A stretch of 64,000 nt of DNA from Lama guanicoe (lineage: Eukaryota). The position numbers were made by a program, and so were the translations under genes. Under the pieces are notes generated by a model. It made no database searches. It was not told where the DNA came from and was given only the letters and a program-made list of their open reading frames with translations. The stretch is from contig MU053810.1 of the NCBI GenBank assembly GCA_013239625.1, positions 4,620,071 to 4,684,070 on the forward strand. The letters are read 5' to 3'. Positions 12,319 to 25,200 of the stretch are shown here, one piece after another (the stretch's first letter is position 1; the number at the start of each line of letters is the position of its first letter).

Positions 12319-14184
12319 TGATGTAGATGGCTCATTAGTTCTTGGCTAAAGATGGTGAAGGCTCAGACTCAGTCAGGGGGTAGGAATGGGAAGAGTCACA
12401 GCCCCCAGGAGGAGACGCTGAGCGAGAAGCACGGTTTGGGGTTGCTACGGGGGATGCGTGTATAGGGCAGAAGGGACCATTTCGTGGTGCCAAGCCCTCC
12501 CGTGCTACTTTTACTGGGTGGCCTTGGTCAGGCTCAAGTTTCTGCACATCCTTGTGGGGTCAGAGTGAATATTAGAGATAATGACCTTAACTTGGCAGAG
12601 AGGTGCAAAAATATTGAAAACCATAAATACTATATATAATGACCCCAATATCATCTAACTCTGAAAATGGCAAATAAAGAAGAGATAACATTAGCTTCCA
12701 GGGAGGTCGGCTGAGTTTTCTGTGATTCCTCAGGGCTGGATTGGGTCCAGGCTCAAAAACCCAGGTTCTTTAGGTTATTCGGACACCCGCACCCAACCGC
12801 AGGTAGAACTCCTGATTTGAACCACTTTCTCCCTTTAAAAGCCCCCAGACTTGTTTCACCCACAAGGGACCCTTGCATCGAATTACAAACCAAGCATCCT
12901 ACAATCCCTCCAGCAACCGTGTGACTTTCTCGAGGCAGCTTGTGTCTTTGACACCTGTTAGTTATTGTTAGTGTTTAGTCACTGCAGTTTTAGGCAGGAG
13001 GAGGAGATGGGAAGATGGATTTCCCCAGGCGCGCTCTTCCTACTGGTCTCCCCAGGACCCACCTGGTGCTGAGCTCCGTCCTGCAGCCCCGGCGCCTTTC
13101 TCTCTGGATTCCAGCTGTTCGCTCCTTTGGAGGCTTCCCCAGAATCAAATCTCCCTCTCATCCCAGCTTCCCTCCCCACCAAGCCATTCCTGTTTTCCTT
13201 CTCTTTGCGCCCTGGGAACTAATGCAAACTCTCAATCTAGCCACAACTTCTCCTAGAAATTCTTCACTAGTTTGTTTAATTTCAGATACAGGCGGATGGC
13301 CTTCCCAAGTGCTCCAGACCTTTATAAGAATGGTTTCTGCTTGACCTGGGGCATCCCTAAGGCTATGCAAATAGCAGTGCTCGGCTGCCTCTTCCCCTCC
13401 CTCCCAGGACATCTTGGGGGATTAAAGGAGACAATGTGAGTTTTGTGAGACACTGTGAGTTACTATTTTGCATTAAAATTTCATTTAAATAATAATGAAA
13501 TGAGTCTCCTGCTTTGTCGTGCAAAGAGATGGTGTCTTATTCAGTTCACTATCTGAAGAATTACTTCAGATTTCCTTTGAAAGTTAAATGCTAGTCATTA
13601 GAAAAGTGACCAGGTGGCCCCAAGTCTATTAACACCTTCCTGTCCATTCTTTTTCTCTTCACAACCTCTTTAGTCACTTTTCACAGAGTGTTCACAAGGG
13701 TTCCTCCTGTTCTGTCTTTGGCAAGATTGTCTTCAGTTACATGTGGTATAAAGACATCTCTCTCCTGTCCAGGTACAAAGGCTGCTCTCTTAGCATTTCA
13801 TGCATGGTTCCTTTCAACTGTTGCCTGCATTTTGGGCAGGATCTGCCTTCATAATGCTGCTTCTAAGCTTTGGCATCTCAGACAGTGAAATCCAGTGCAT
13901 CTGGGGCAGAGAATGCCCTCTGCTCTGACCTTTCTCTTTGGTCTTGGCTCATTACAGTTAAACCCAGGTCATTATTTTTGTATCAGTGATATTTTCATAA
14001 TGCACTAAATAATCAAGTGTTAAGAACACCCCCCAAAGAAACCTTTAAAATGACTAGAACATTTCCTGAAGCATTTCATAGTAAGGCTACTAACCTTTGA
14101 CGTCTCTTTTTAAATAAAAATTGATTATAAAGCGTATTGAGTGACTTCACACCGAGGTATTCAGTATCTGGAAACCTGACATTT

Positions 14185-14314
14185 TTTAAAACAGATTTGG
14201 GGGGGGGGGGAAAATAAGTTTGTTTGTTTGCTTATTCAGTGGAGGTACTGCAGATTGAACCCAGGACCTCATGCATGCTAAGCACATGCTTTACCACTGA
14301 GCTCTATCCTCCCC
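14185..14314 (-). mobile_element. tRNA-derived SINE (camelid vic-1-type)
   Basis: Reverse complement reads GGGGAGGATAGAGCTCAGTGGTAAAGCATGTGCTTAGCATGCATGAGGTCCTGGGTTCAATC (A and B boxes). TSD TGGAAACCTGACATTT (14169-14184) / TGGAAAACAGACATTT (14315-14330). Confidence 0.88.
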
Positions 14315-14452
14315 TGGAAAACAGACATTTAATTACCATCTGTACCAGGTCACCACAATCCCATGCGCAGCTTCCCCCTCAGTACCACAAGCATCTTCCA
14401 CTTCTAATCCCAGATTCCCTCTACCTCTCCCCCAAGTCCAACTGTCTCCATT

Positions 14453-14983
14453 TTTGGGGGGTCGAGAGGTTCTTGTCTTTTGCAGAAAGAATTCAGAGAC
14501 AAGACGCAAAGGTTAAGAAAGCAAAGTGAGGATTTATTAAGGGACAGGTAGTTCAGGCAGACCCAGATGGGTGGCTGTCCTGAGTTTCCTTGGCAACCTT
14601 GTTATAGGAGCGTAAAAATGAATGGGCGGAATATTCATCGGTGGGGAGGGATTCAGGGTCATCTTTTCTGATCTTCATCCCAGCTCCACCTTCCCAGGTG
14701 GGGAGGAGGGATTTTTCATCCTTATTTAGTCTAGATCGGGAAGTTGGATGAGGTCATAATGAACAAATGGTTACATTCGGATGGTGGGGATTCCTGTCCT
14801 GCCCCACCCTTCTGCCTCCAGGACAATTGTCAACCCGGAAGGTATGGTTTTTTAATTAGTCCTTAGGAGTCTGTTTTTCTTCGTCTGTCCCAGGTCCCCC
14901 ATTGTTTACAGGATGAATGGTTTTCTGCAGTTTGCCCATGTCCCCCTTTCTCTGCTCATATCTATTGCCTGCCTGCTCTAACA
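14453..14983 (-). mobile_element. Solo LTR, ERV1-like
   Basis: Reverse U5/R pattern GGTTCTTGTCTTTTGCAGAAAGAATTCAGAGACAAGAC...GATTTATTAAG; ends ...CTCTAACA. Possible TSD CATT/CGTT. The left terminal TG is degraded. Confidence 0.72.
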
Positions 14984-15454
14984 CGTTTGCTGAAGGTCCA
15001 GCCAGGTCCATGATCACCCTAGTTGGAAGTGGTTTGCCCTTTTCTGAATTCTAAAAAGTCTCTTGCTTGCAAAAGAGGCAACAGAGATTCCACATTCCAC
15101 CTTTTATATTCCCACTTTGTCTTCCTGGATGTAACACAGTAGAAACTCCTTGAGGGCAGGTGATGACCAGCTTATGCTTCACTGCACCTTCAGTCACTCC
15201 AGTGTGTTCTGAACAGGTAATCAGGTAGACACCACTTCTGCACTAGCTATGCATAGAGTTGCCTGTGAATTGACTTTTTTAAAATGGAATCCTACACAAA
15301 GCGATGCTCATTGTTTAGAAGAAACTTTCCCAGGAGGCAAATGAGTCTTTTTTTAGAGTAGAGTTTCTACTTAAATGAACTACCTTTGATCTGGCATTTC
15401 ACTTATTGTGTGCATATCTTGTTTCTCTTTCAACTTTTCATTTCTTAAGGACGT

Positions 15455-16325
15455 ACATTTAATAAGGACATACTATGTGCCACCGCGCAGGTGTGGAAAC
15501 ACAGCAGTGAACAGGACGAAGGACCTGCTGTCTTAACACAAACATTTCAGTGAGGCAAACAGGCAGTAAACAGATCTAAGAAATGGCACGTGGTACAGGG
15601 GCTGTGTAGAAAAATAAGGTGGGATAAGGAAAATGGAGAGATTAGGGGTGCTTTTTTAGAGGAGGTCTTTCAAATGAAAGGATAGTCTGAGGAAGGTGGG
15701 CAGGAGGCCACCATGTGGATATCGGTCTAGAGGAAGAGCCCAGGCTGCAGAGGAAACGGCAGAGGCCCGGGGGTGGGAGTTCCTGGGGGTGTCTGAGGAC
15801 CAGGGTGCAGGGAGGCCGTGTGGCTGGCATGGCTGAGGGACCGGGGTGGGGCGGGTCTGGAGACAGAGCTGGACAAGGTCGGGTGGAGCTAGGCACCACG
15901 GTGAGACTTGAGTTTTTACTTAAGACAGTATGTCATTGGGCATCTGAAGGACCGACATCCCTTTTGTTTAGAAGGTTGACTCTGATTCCCGTGTAGGAGG
16001 GTAAGTCAAGCCTGGAAGCAGGAAGACTCACAAGGAGGCTCCTGAATGGACCAGGGAGAGACGGTGGGGCCATGACTGGGGCAGGAAGTGGTCAGATCCT
16101 GGTTCACAGAGTAGACAGGATGTGCTGCTGGTCTGACTGTGGAGGCCCATGAGAGAACGGGGGAAGTCAAGAGGGATCATAAACTGGGTTTTTAATTTTA
16201 GCAGCTGGAAGATTCATGTTTTCATTTACTGACATGGGGAAGGTCTGAGGAGGGTCGAGTTTGAGGGACAGACTCAAGTTGGGTGTTAGACATCCTACGT
16301 TTGAAGGCCCTGCCATACACCCAAG
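15455..16325 (-). mobile_element. L2a fragment (3' region)
   Basis: CTATGTGCCA...ACAGCAGTGAACAGGAC, TTTAGAAGGTTGACTCTG, GAAGTGGTCAGATCCTGG, CATTTACTGACATGGGGAAG, TTAGACATCCTACGTTTGAAGG are typical reverse L2a motifs. Confidence 0.78.
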
Positions 16326-17119
16326 ACTGTGGGCTGTGAGTCTTTTTCCAAAACTCTGAGTCCTTGAATTCAAGGTCATGTCTTCATCACCTTTGTGTTC
16401 TCCAGTCAGTTTGCAGAAGTCCTCGCTCACAGGACTTAGCCTGACGCTTGTGTGTGTGTTCCTGGAATTCAGATTTGCATACGTGGGCGTTTCTGAAAGT
16501 GGCCTGCGGTTCCACTTGCATTTTCTTATTCTTTTTCATGATCATCTATAAAAGCAGAGAAGAGACAATTGGGAGGGGGGAAAAAAAAAAGGCTGTACGA
16601 AACTTGCTGAAAATGGGTGGGACCAGAAATGATGCTGACGGGAGGCTTAGAAGTACAAAATAGAGAGAACTCAGACCAAATGTAAGTAAATGAGCATAAA
16701 TCATCAATCTCTGATTCCCAGGCCTGTCTTCCCGGAGTTGGCTGACTCAGGAGCTGCTTCTGTGACTACAGCTGTGTGATTCCTCCACATTTCCTTTTTG
16801 CTTGGAGAAAGTATTCCAGTTTGTCGTTGCTTCATCATTTGCAGTGTTATATTAGGTTCTTCTCCTTCTTTTTTTTTTAATTTTTTTGGTCTGACCATAT
16901 GGTTAAGAAAGTTTGGCAACTGTCTTCTTCCATTCTGTTGAACCAACTGTTTCATTTGTTTGCCCTTGGGGTTTTTGTTTTAGACCCACTCCGGGTTTTA
17001 TTGTTTGTCTTTGGGGTTCTCCAGGCTTGGAAATCCTTCTCTCAGGAAACTTCCATATCCCTGGTTGAAACTTGCAGGATGGTGGGGGGTCCAGGTAGAG
17101 AAAGCCACCACTGGCGGAG

Positions 17120-17800
17120 GGAAGAGATAGGTGAGGGCAGGTGGGTAGCTGGTCGTGGCTGCACCAAAAACTTCATAGCAGGTGTGAAGAGAGTGAGGAA
17201 CACAGGTGATGAGCAGATAAAAAAGGTCATTGTGGGCTATGCCAAGGGGTACAGAAAACGAGGAGTTTCAGAAGTTTAGAGTCTGGAAGTACTGTGATGA
17301 GAGTTGTATTCTAGGCAGAGCAGCTTTGACCACCATTAGAGAGAGCAGATGGGAGGTGAGGGAGGACTGGTAAGGAGATTCTTGGTGATGAAGGCAAAAG
17401 ATGATAATGGTCTCGTTAAGTTCTTAGACCAGTGACTGGCACGCATTCAGTACTATGTAAGTCTTTATAAAATTAAATTAAACAAATGCAAATAGAAGCA
17501 TTTGTGATGTGAATGAGAACACCAAGTCAGACATCTGATGGGGAGGATCGCAACATCTACTCGGATGAGTGGTGATGTCATTTCAGAACGAGGAGCAGGC
17601 GGGGTGAGGTGGAGGCTGACCTGGTGCCACAGATCTGCCTGGACGCTCATCCTCCTTACGGGGTCCTTGGAGCATCCATTAGGCCGCTGGAGATAGAGCT
17701 CCAGGGCTCAGCTGAGACTTTGGCCTGGAAGTGCATGTTTGGAACACGTTTAGAAGTCTTCAACATCTAGATAGGAAAGAAAGAGATCATTCTAAGAAAG
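17120..17800 (-). mobile_element. Degenerate L2 fragments
   Basis: Purine-rich L2-like segments; boundaries approximate. Confidence 0.45.
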
Positions 17801-17859
17801 GAAATAAAGCAGGGAGAGTTTCTGTGGTACAGTGGTCCTACTCTGATGTTGGAGTAGAG

Positions 17860-17997
17860 TAGAGTTGATGCCAGTGGTAGGGCGCGTGCCTAGCATGCAG
17901 GAGGTCCTTGGATCAGTCCTCAGGACCTCCATTAATAAATAAATAAATAAATAAACCTAATTACCTCTCCCCACCAAAATAAATAAATTTTAAAAAG
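17860..17997 (+). mobile_element. tRNA-derived SINE (camelid vic-1-type), degenerate 5' end
   Basis: CAGTGGTAGGGCGCGTGCCTAGCATGCAGGAGGTCCTTGGATCAGTCC...(TAAA)n...CCTAATTACCTCTCCCC...A-rich tail. Confidence 0.82.
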
Positions 17998-18136
17998 TTA
18001 TCTCCAAATTCCAGTTGATTTAATCTCTTATTAAGATTTTTTGGCCAACCAAATGGTACCTGTCCCAGGAAAATAGTACCATATTTTTGTTTAATTAAAA
18101 ACAAAGACCAACATCCTGCCTTAATGCAAAAAAAGA

Positions 18137-18166
18137 AAGGAAGGAAGGAAGGAAGGAAGGAAGGAA
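18137..18166. repeat. (GGAA)n microsatellite
   Basis: About 7 tandem GGAA units. Confidence 0.95.
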
Positions 18167-20566
18167 TAGAAGCTATTTGATTGCCCTTCAGACAGTGCCA
18201 GATGGTGTCAATGTCAACATTTTAAAAAGATGCACTTTCTACTCTGAAACCACCATGACCAACTTGGAAGTTCAGTCTTTGATAACTATGTTCTGGTTTC
18301 CCCCAAAGCATCAGTAATTTGCAACTTGGGGCACAGCTGTTCCATCCTTGATATTGTACATCGTCTGTGGTGCTTGAGCCTTTGGGAGTCTTTTTAACAA
18401 GTTGACACAGAGCATCGTTTTGCCTCCAACCTGCCACAATTAAAACAAAATCAAACAGCCTCCTCTTACCAGCAGTGTGGATTCCTGCAAGGTAAGATAG
18501 GAGAATAATAAAGGCCTACATTTGTGAATTCTCTCCCAAAACTCCAGGTCCTTCCTCTGGTATTTAAAGCTGTCTCTCTGGCCACTAAGCCATCGACCTT
18601 TAGCAGGAGTTATTCTCTGAAGCCACAGTATGCGTCAGGGCGGGCCAGACCCACATCACATACGTGCCTGGGAAACAGTGCTCCAGCAGCAGCGTCTTCC
18701 AAGTGATAAAAATAACTTCTTTGGGTCAATAGCCCTGAATCCAGGTGTCCCCTTTCACTTCCTGTGCTCTGTTGGGTCCTGCAAGGGAACATCTTGTCTT
18801 CCACGGTTTGGAATGTGACATTTCTGGTTTCACTCTTTTAACTGTCTAGTATCTAGCTGTCTGTCTCCTTTTGTAAATTTTGAGGGTCCTATCCTCTTCA
18901 GCCTTTGCATTTTTCGTCCTCGCGTCTACTGCTCATCCATACAGGGAGAGTTTGACAGCTTCCTGCCAGGCACTAGCTAACATAGATGTTTGTACTTTGA
19001 TTTCTGTTGTTTCTCCACTTTTTAAAGCCTAAGCTATGTAATTACTGGCCATCTTTCTTGTCCTTGATTCTCAAAAAGCCTTAATTTATTTTATTCCCCC
19101 ATCACAAAGTGTTCTTTCAGGTCCTCCATTCTGATAACAGATGTCTTCCCTGTGCGCTATCGAATCAACCTGTAGATTCTGAAGTCCTTCACAAGTCTCC
19201 TTTTTGAAACCTTTATTGACTAGTGACTATAATTTCTTCTTTCCCATTAGCTCCAGGCCAGACTCCTTCTCAAGAGTTCTTCCATTCTAAAGCCTACATC
19301 AGCACAGAGGGAGGGATGGATCGGGGTGTTACTGATCACTGAGAGTGTGGCTGCTGGAGCTGTTTCCTGGGTCAGGCTTCCCCCGGGAGACGTGGCAGAG
19401 AGCAGATGCTATCCACCTCTGGGTGATCACTGCCCGGCCCCACGCTCTCTCCTTCCTGTCGGGACAGAAGAGTGTCCCCGTCCACCCAGCATGCCAGAGC
19501 TGGCGGACTGTCTCACCCAGTGCAGGGAAACGCCTCCCGTGGACCTGCAGCTGCTGGGGGGATTGTGATGGAGGGAAACAGAATCATTAAGTCCTCACCT
19601 GAGTCGTAGGTTCACTACCCAAGACTTAGAACACTCTTCTTGACTCTAGCAGCCATATTTCACTGACCAATGACATTCACAGTTGTAAATGAAAACTGTA
19701 GCCTGAGCTAATCGGATACAATAGCCAGTTTATCAGATCTGTTAGGACCTATCAGGACTGTTGTCCGGGGACCACGTTCTCTCCTGCTGGGTCATGTGAG
19801 GAGCCTTCCTTTTGAGTCCCTGACTCTTCTTTTCCATCACTTCCTCAGCCTCCTGTGGTAACTGATAGCACATGTCTCTGAATGGAACCTGGAAAAGGAA
19901 CGTACAGAGGCTTCATATGGAAATGTCATTCCAGATTCCATACGCTGTCCCGTAATACACTGGCTAGACCGTCAAGAGTCACCCCCAGAAAGGGGGAATT
20001 TGGATTGGAAAGGAATCAAAGGAATTGTGGACCTAATATAATTGATTGCAGGGAAGCAGTAATAGGGTGGTCTGGACACCTGGACGCAGGCCAAGTTCAA
20101 AATCACAAGCAATCCCCATACTCTTTTAGAATGAGGTGAGGTCTGTTGCGTGGAGAACAGGGCAAGTCATCAACTTTCTTTGGGTTTAACTCAGTCGTGG
20201 GCCCTGAGTTTTGCCTTTTGTTCTCTGAAAGGGACAAAGATATTGAGTACAGACAGAAAAAAACCAGTGCTTATCCATCCAATTACTTCTTTTATCCCCC
20301 TGTCCTTCTCTCTCAGACATAGGGGTCTGAAGTAAGTTCTGATAAATGTCAGCAGATGTCCATGACTCATTCATTTCCTTTGTCCCAGGCATAGTGTCTA
20401 GTGTAACATTTTATGAATGGATGAATGAATGAATGAATGAATAGCAATGGTGTCAAAACCAGGGAAAATGTTAATGAGTGGAGGAAACGGTGAGAACAGC
20501 AAAGCCTAATTTTAAGGATAAAGAGTTTGCACTCAGTGCTGTGGAGGAAGCAATATGGTGCAAGTG

Positions 20567-20845
20567 TGGGTTTACCAAACTATTCTGTGGAACGGTAGAC
20601 CATGACAGGTCACACATGCACACACCCATGCGCACACACACGCATGCAGAGGCTTCTGTAATCTGCCAGACATTGGACACTATATCGTATCTGGGATCCA
20701 CATTTGCACACTGAAGTCTCTTAAAAGACCTGCAGTGAAGACAACCTGGTAACTCAACTTTCCTCCCAAAATATCTGCCTGTGGAATTCTTTGCTTCAAA
20801 TCGCTTTACAACCAGAACCCGCTGAACACACTCTGGCCAGCTCTG
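20567..20845. mobile_element. MER103C-like hAT-Charlie MITE
   Basis: Core GATCCACATTTGCACACTGAAGTCTCTTAAAAGACCTGCAGTGAAGACAACCTG with degenerate inverted termini. Confidence 0.65.
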
Positions 20846-20869
20846 GTAACAATTTACAAAATCGCCATA

Positions 20870-21070
20870 GACATGAGTCCAGCTGACCAGAGTTTGAATC
20901 ATGGCTACCACCATGTGTAGCTCTGTGATCCCAAGTCGAATTAAGGAAGCTCTAGTCTCCGGTTCTCTCATCTGCAAGAGGAGGATAATGTCCACTTCCT
21001 GAAGTATGAGAATTAAAGCAGATAAAGCGGGTAAACCATCGTCTGGGCACATAGCGCAGGGCGGCTCCTT
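20870..21070 (+). mobile_element. MIR SINE
   Basis: GAGTTTGAATCATGGCTACCACCATGTGTAGCTCTGTGATCC...CTCATCTGCAAGAGGAGGATAAT core. Confidence 0.75.
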
Positions 21071-21434
21071 CCTGGTTGTTAATTTCCACACCGATGCCCT
21101 GCCCTTCTCTGCGGCCCGCTGGCCCCACATGAGGGGTTTCTTGTTTCTGCAGATGCTGCCTCTTCTCCTTGGTCTTTACAACCAGTGACAGACAATTTTC
21201 ATTTCTCTTGTAAAATTTGTCTTTTTAAAAAACTGCTTCCCCCAAAGGCAAAGTATGTCAGAGCGCTCAAAGTTACTTTTACGTGTGTGGGTGTTGTTCC
21301 GCCTAAATTCTGGTGACATTCTTTTCCTGGTTTTTCCTTGACTCTCCAGGTTCTTCTAAATTGGGTATTAAAACAGAAAGGTCTTTCTGGAATTTTTTTT
21401 TATTACAAATAAATGGCTGTTTGAAAACTATGCA

Positions 21435-21610
21435 TAACAAGAATGACAGCCATGAGCGTTTGTTTGGCTTCTGCCACGTACGGGGCACTGCTCTGGACTC
21501 TGCGGTAGCTCATTGCCTCCTCAGAACAACCCAATGAGTGTGCGCTCTTCTCTGCGGTTTGCAGATGAGGAGACCGAAGCTTTAGGAATAATAAGCCTGA
21601 AGCCACCAGG
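21435..21610 (-). mobile_element. MIR SINE
   Basis: CCTCAGAACAACCCAATGAG...TTTGCAGATGAGGAGACCGAAGCTT, the reverse MIR core. Confidence 0.7.
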
Positions 21611-21760
21611 CAATAAAAGATGACGATGACTCTGATGATGAGTGGGGACAGGGACAAGCTAAAGACTGGAAAACCCTCTCGTCGTGAACCTTGAGGTCTT
21701 TATTTTCACCAAGTCTAGGTGAAAACTTTTAATTTTTCAGGAAACAAAAGTTACGTATCC

Positions 21761-22265
21761 TGTATTATTAGTCAGGGTTCTCCAGAGAAATGAAACCAAC
21801 AGGATTTGAGTGTGTGTGTGTGTGTACACATTTATGCTGTATTTGAAGGAATTGGCTCACTCAGTTCTGGAGACTGGGAAGTCCCAAGATCTGCAGGTAG
21901 TACACAGGAGGCCCAGGAGAGCCCATGGTAGAAAGCAGCAGTCTGAAAGGAGCAGGCCTAAGACCCAGGAAGAGCTGATGTTTCAGTTCAAGTCTACAGG
22001 CAGGAAAAACTGATGTCCCAGCTTAGGCAGGAAGGAGCGAAGTGTTCTCACTTACTCGTGTATAGAGGGGAGGGTCAGCCCTTTTGTTCTCTATTCAAGC
22101 CTTCAACTGATTGGGTGAGGCCCACCTACGATAGGGCAGGCAGTCTGCTTTACTCAATCTACCCCTCAGATACTTATCTCACAGACACACCCAGGATAAC
22201 ATTTGGCCAAATATCTGGGCACCTTATGGCCCCATCATTATTGCCACACAAAATTAGCTATAACA
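21761..22265 (-). mobile_element. MLT2B-like solo LTR (ERVL)
   Basis: TGTATTATTAGTCAGGGTTCTCCAGAGAAA...GGAATTGGCTCAC...CAAAATTAGCTATAACA with a 5-bp TSD TATCC/CATCC. Confidence 0.9.
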
Positions 22266-25200
22266 CATCCCACAGCTTAAAATCACAGCTTAGGCATCCT
22301 TCTCTCTCATATCTCTGTTTTCAATGAGATCAACAGAATCCCTTGGGGTTCTACTGAGTTCAGAGACCTCATTCCACAGGTTCCTCTAAAACTTTCATGA
22401 GATGAGACATGTGCATTTGAATCTTGTCAAATATTAAAATGGCAATTACTATTAACAATTTAAATACGTAAAGTTTGAGCAGGGATCTCCTTGAAGTCAA
22501 AAACTGCTGTTTCCCATAATGCCAGCAATCATAACGGGGGATCTCAGGCTCTCTGGGTGATTTAGAGTGACCCCAAATTCAGAGCTTTGTGCTTTGCATG
22601 TTTAATGCAGCCCCAGGGTCAGAAACGTGCTAGGTCACAGGCTGTGCCCTGAAAGCATTGGAGAGTGAGTGCGACTGATTAGTATTTGCAGAGGTGAGAA
22701 AGGTAGCTTGCTTTTGCCAGATACTCTGCTGTCATCTAAGTATCTTGAGGGCAGTGAACTTAAGCTGAGCTGGACGAGTGTCTGAGCTTCACACCTTGCC
22801 TTATGCACAGGAGTCAAGTAGTAAATATTGGCTGAAGAAATCAGATGTTTGGGTATCCACTGTGTACTCCCTGATGTTTGCTAGGGAGACAGTGATGGGG
22901 GAAAAAATCCCCAGGACCAATTCTGAGCTGTTCTCTGAGTGAATCACTGACTCTGAGCGTGTTATGTTTCCTAGCCAGTGATTTCAGCTCTGTATAACTA
23001 TTTCTGCCTGATTACCTGAAATAATCACCTTCAGTCCCTGATAACTGATCTCGTGCAAGGCGATACTACAGGGGTGGCCTCTAGGCTTGAATCAGGGTGC
23101 CTTGTATCTCACTAAGAGACACATGTCTAGAGTCAGGATGTTAAAAATCATTTGGCTCTTTTCTGTCATCTGGGGGAAAAAAAGACTGTTCCAGAATTTT
23201 TTTTTTTAATGTCTCCTTTTTACTTTCTGAGGGTGAAAAAGAAGAGCATTTGAAATGGGGAGGAGCTTCTTGTGGACAAGAAAAGTGAGGGACTTGACAG
23301 GTGGCTCCTGAACTTTGTTCAGCAGTGGAGACATGATGAAAGGTACAGAAACACAGCTTTTTGATGACTCACTGACCCCACGGCCCACTGATAAGACGCT
23401 CTCTGCCCTGACAAGTGGACTCTTCTTGCAGTGGAATTTTATTTTTCCTCCCTGAGCCGGTGTTGGATTCTCTGGAGACCTCAGGTGACAAGGGGAGAAG
23501 CAGATGCTACGAACATCACAGTTTATTTGTGGAATCCTGGCCTCCTCTTCAAGGCTGATGCTTTTCCTCCAGAGGAAGGGGACTTACTGATGCCCGAGAT
23601 GCCTGCTCCCATACGGAGCCTTTCGGCACAAAAGCGAGAAGAAGATTCTAGCTAATAGGGGCCAATCCACAAGTCATTTCAAGGAAAATGGATATAAATA
23701 GCAGTGCCTGGAAGGCTGAATACGTTTTCTGAAAGTGAAACCCTAAATCAGATTTTTCTGAAAACTGATGTTTAAGAATACACCAGGTGTGGAAACTGGC
23801 AGAAGATATTTTGTTTTAATAACACATGGAGGGAAATTTAGCATCTCCTGTGTTCTCCTTCCCTCTTCCCTCCATCACCTCCTCCTCCAGTTAATCTCTT
23901 GATGAAAATCAGCAGAAAAAAACCTGGACCAGATTTTGCAGCTTTCTGTTGATTTGTAGGGGATCTGGGAGGGCAGACGTACAAACATTTCTCTGGAGAC
24001 AGTGACGGGAGCCCCGGTTGTCAGCAGAGCTGGGAGTGAAGTTGTGGTTCTGTCTGTTGACAAGCGCTGACATGAGTGCGGGATAGAGTGCTCTCATTGG
24101 TAGGCGAGCAGGCTGGCGATTCACAGTGTGCAGTGTGGCTGTGTTCTGAAGAGCCCATTAAGCTAAGTGTGAGGCTCACCAACAGTCCAATTAAGAAGAA
24201 ACAGAGGCTGAAACATCAGTGGGTTGTGTAGCTAAAGCCGTCTGGGTTTAGAGCGCAAAGGAGCTTTTTAGTACAGAGTCGACGTGAAATTCTTGTGTGT
24301 TTTCATGTCAGGTGCCCTCCTACGGAGAGGGGTTGGTTTTAAAGAATGATTGTTTTGCTTCTTTGGGTACCACCTGCAGAGATGTGTTGATTTTGACTGC
24401 TGAGGGATTGCAGAGAGCTGGTTAAACCGCCTGGTGAGAGAAGATTCTTTGGGTGGATTCTTCTCATCTGATGACAGCGTGCAGCTTGGAACTGCCATAG
24501 GGCTAATGGTTGTAGGTTGTGATGTTAAAGCTGAGTGTGGGTTGCTAGAAATGCTGTAATGGTTTTGGTGGGCATCCTTGGGAATGGTGGAGACAACCTT
24601 ATTTGCTTCTGAAAGGCAATTTAATCCTAGCAAGAGAGCTTCAAAAACACCACTTATTACCATACTTTTGTTTAGAAAATAAATTCGCATTGCCTTGTTT
24701 AGCCTTATGCAATGCTTCCAGTCATTCTATTTATGTGTTATAAAATGAAGGGAATCCATTACATGGCTCTGCAGAGGACTAGCCCCATTAATTCGTGCTA
24801 ACATTTCTGCTTAAAATGTAAGCATCTTGAGAACACGGTGAAGACTTGTCTGGGGCGGTTAAGGGGACGGCTTAGGACCATTTTGCAGAGGAATAACCCC
24901 GCAGCTCAGCAAAGTTGTGTCATCTGTCCAGGGCGGCGTTGTAACTGGCCCCGTGAGTGCAGGTGTGTGCGGGAGGAATTGTCCTATGGCTCCACTTAGT
25001 TCCCTTGGTTACTGATGGAGGTTCAGATGTGCTATTTCATCATGTCTGCTATCTACAAAACAAACCCATTGTTTCCCCAAGAACCCACGTGTGTCTTTCG
25101 GGTGGCTCTCCATCAGGCTTTGGTGCTGACAGTCTCTAACACTCAGGGTCTTCCATGGGACCTCCAGAGGCATTTCTGGAAGGCTGATGCAGAGAAAGGA

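Noticed and set aside
19870..20035. Possible MLT1 LTR fragment
   Set aside because: Too degenerate to call without an alignment.
20471..21130. 219-aa - strand ORF
   Set aside because: Runs through MIR, MER103C-like and (CA)n sequence; chance ORF.
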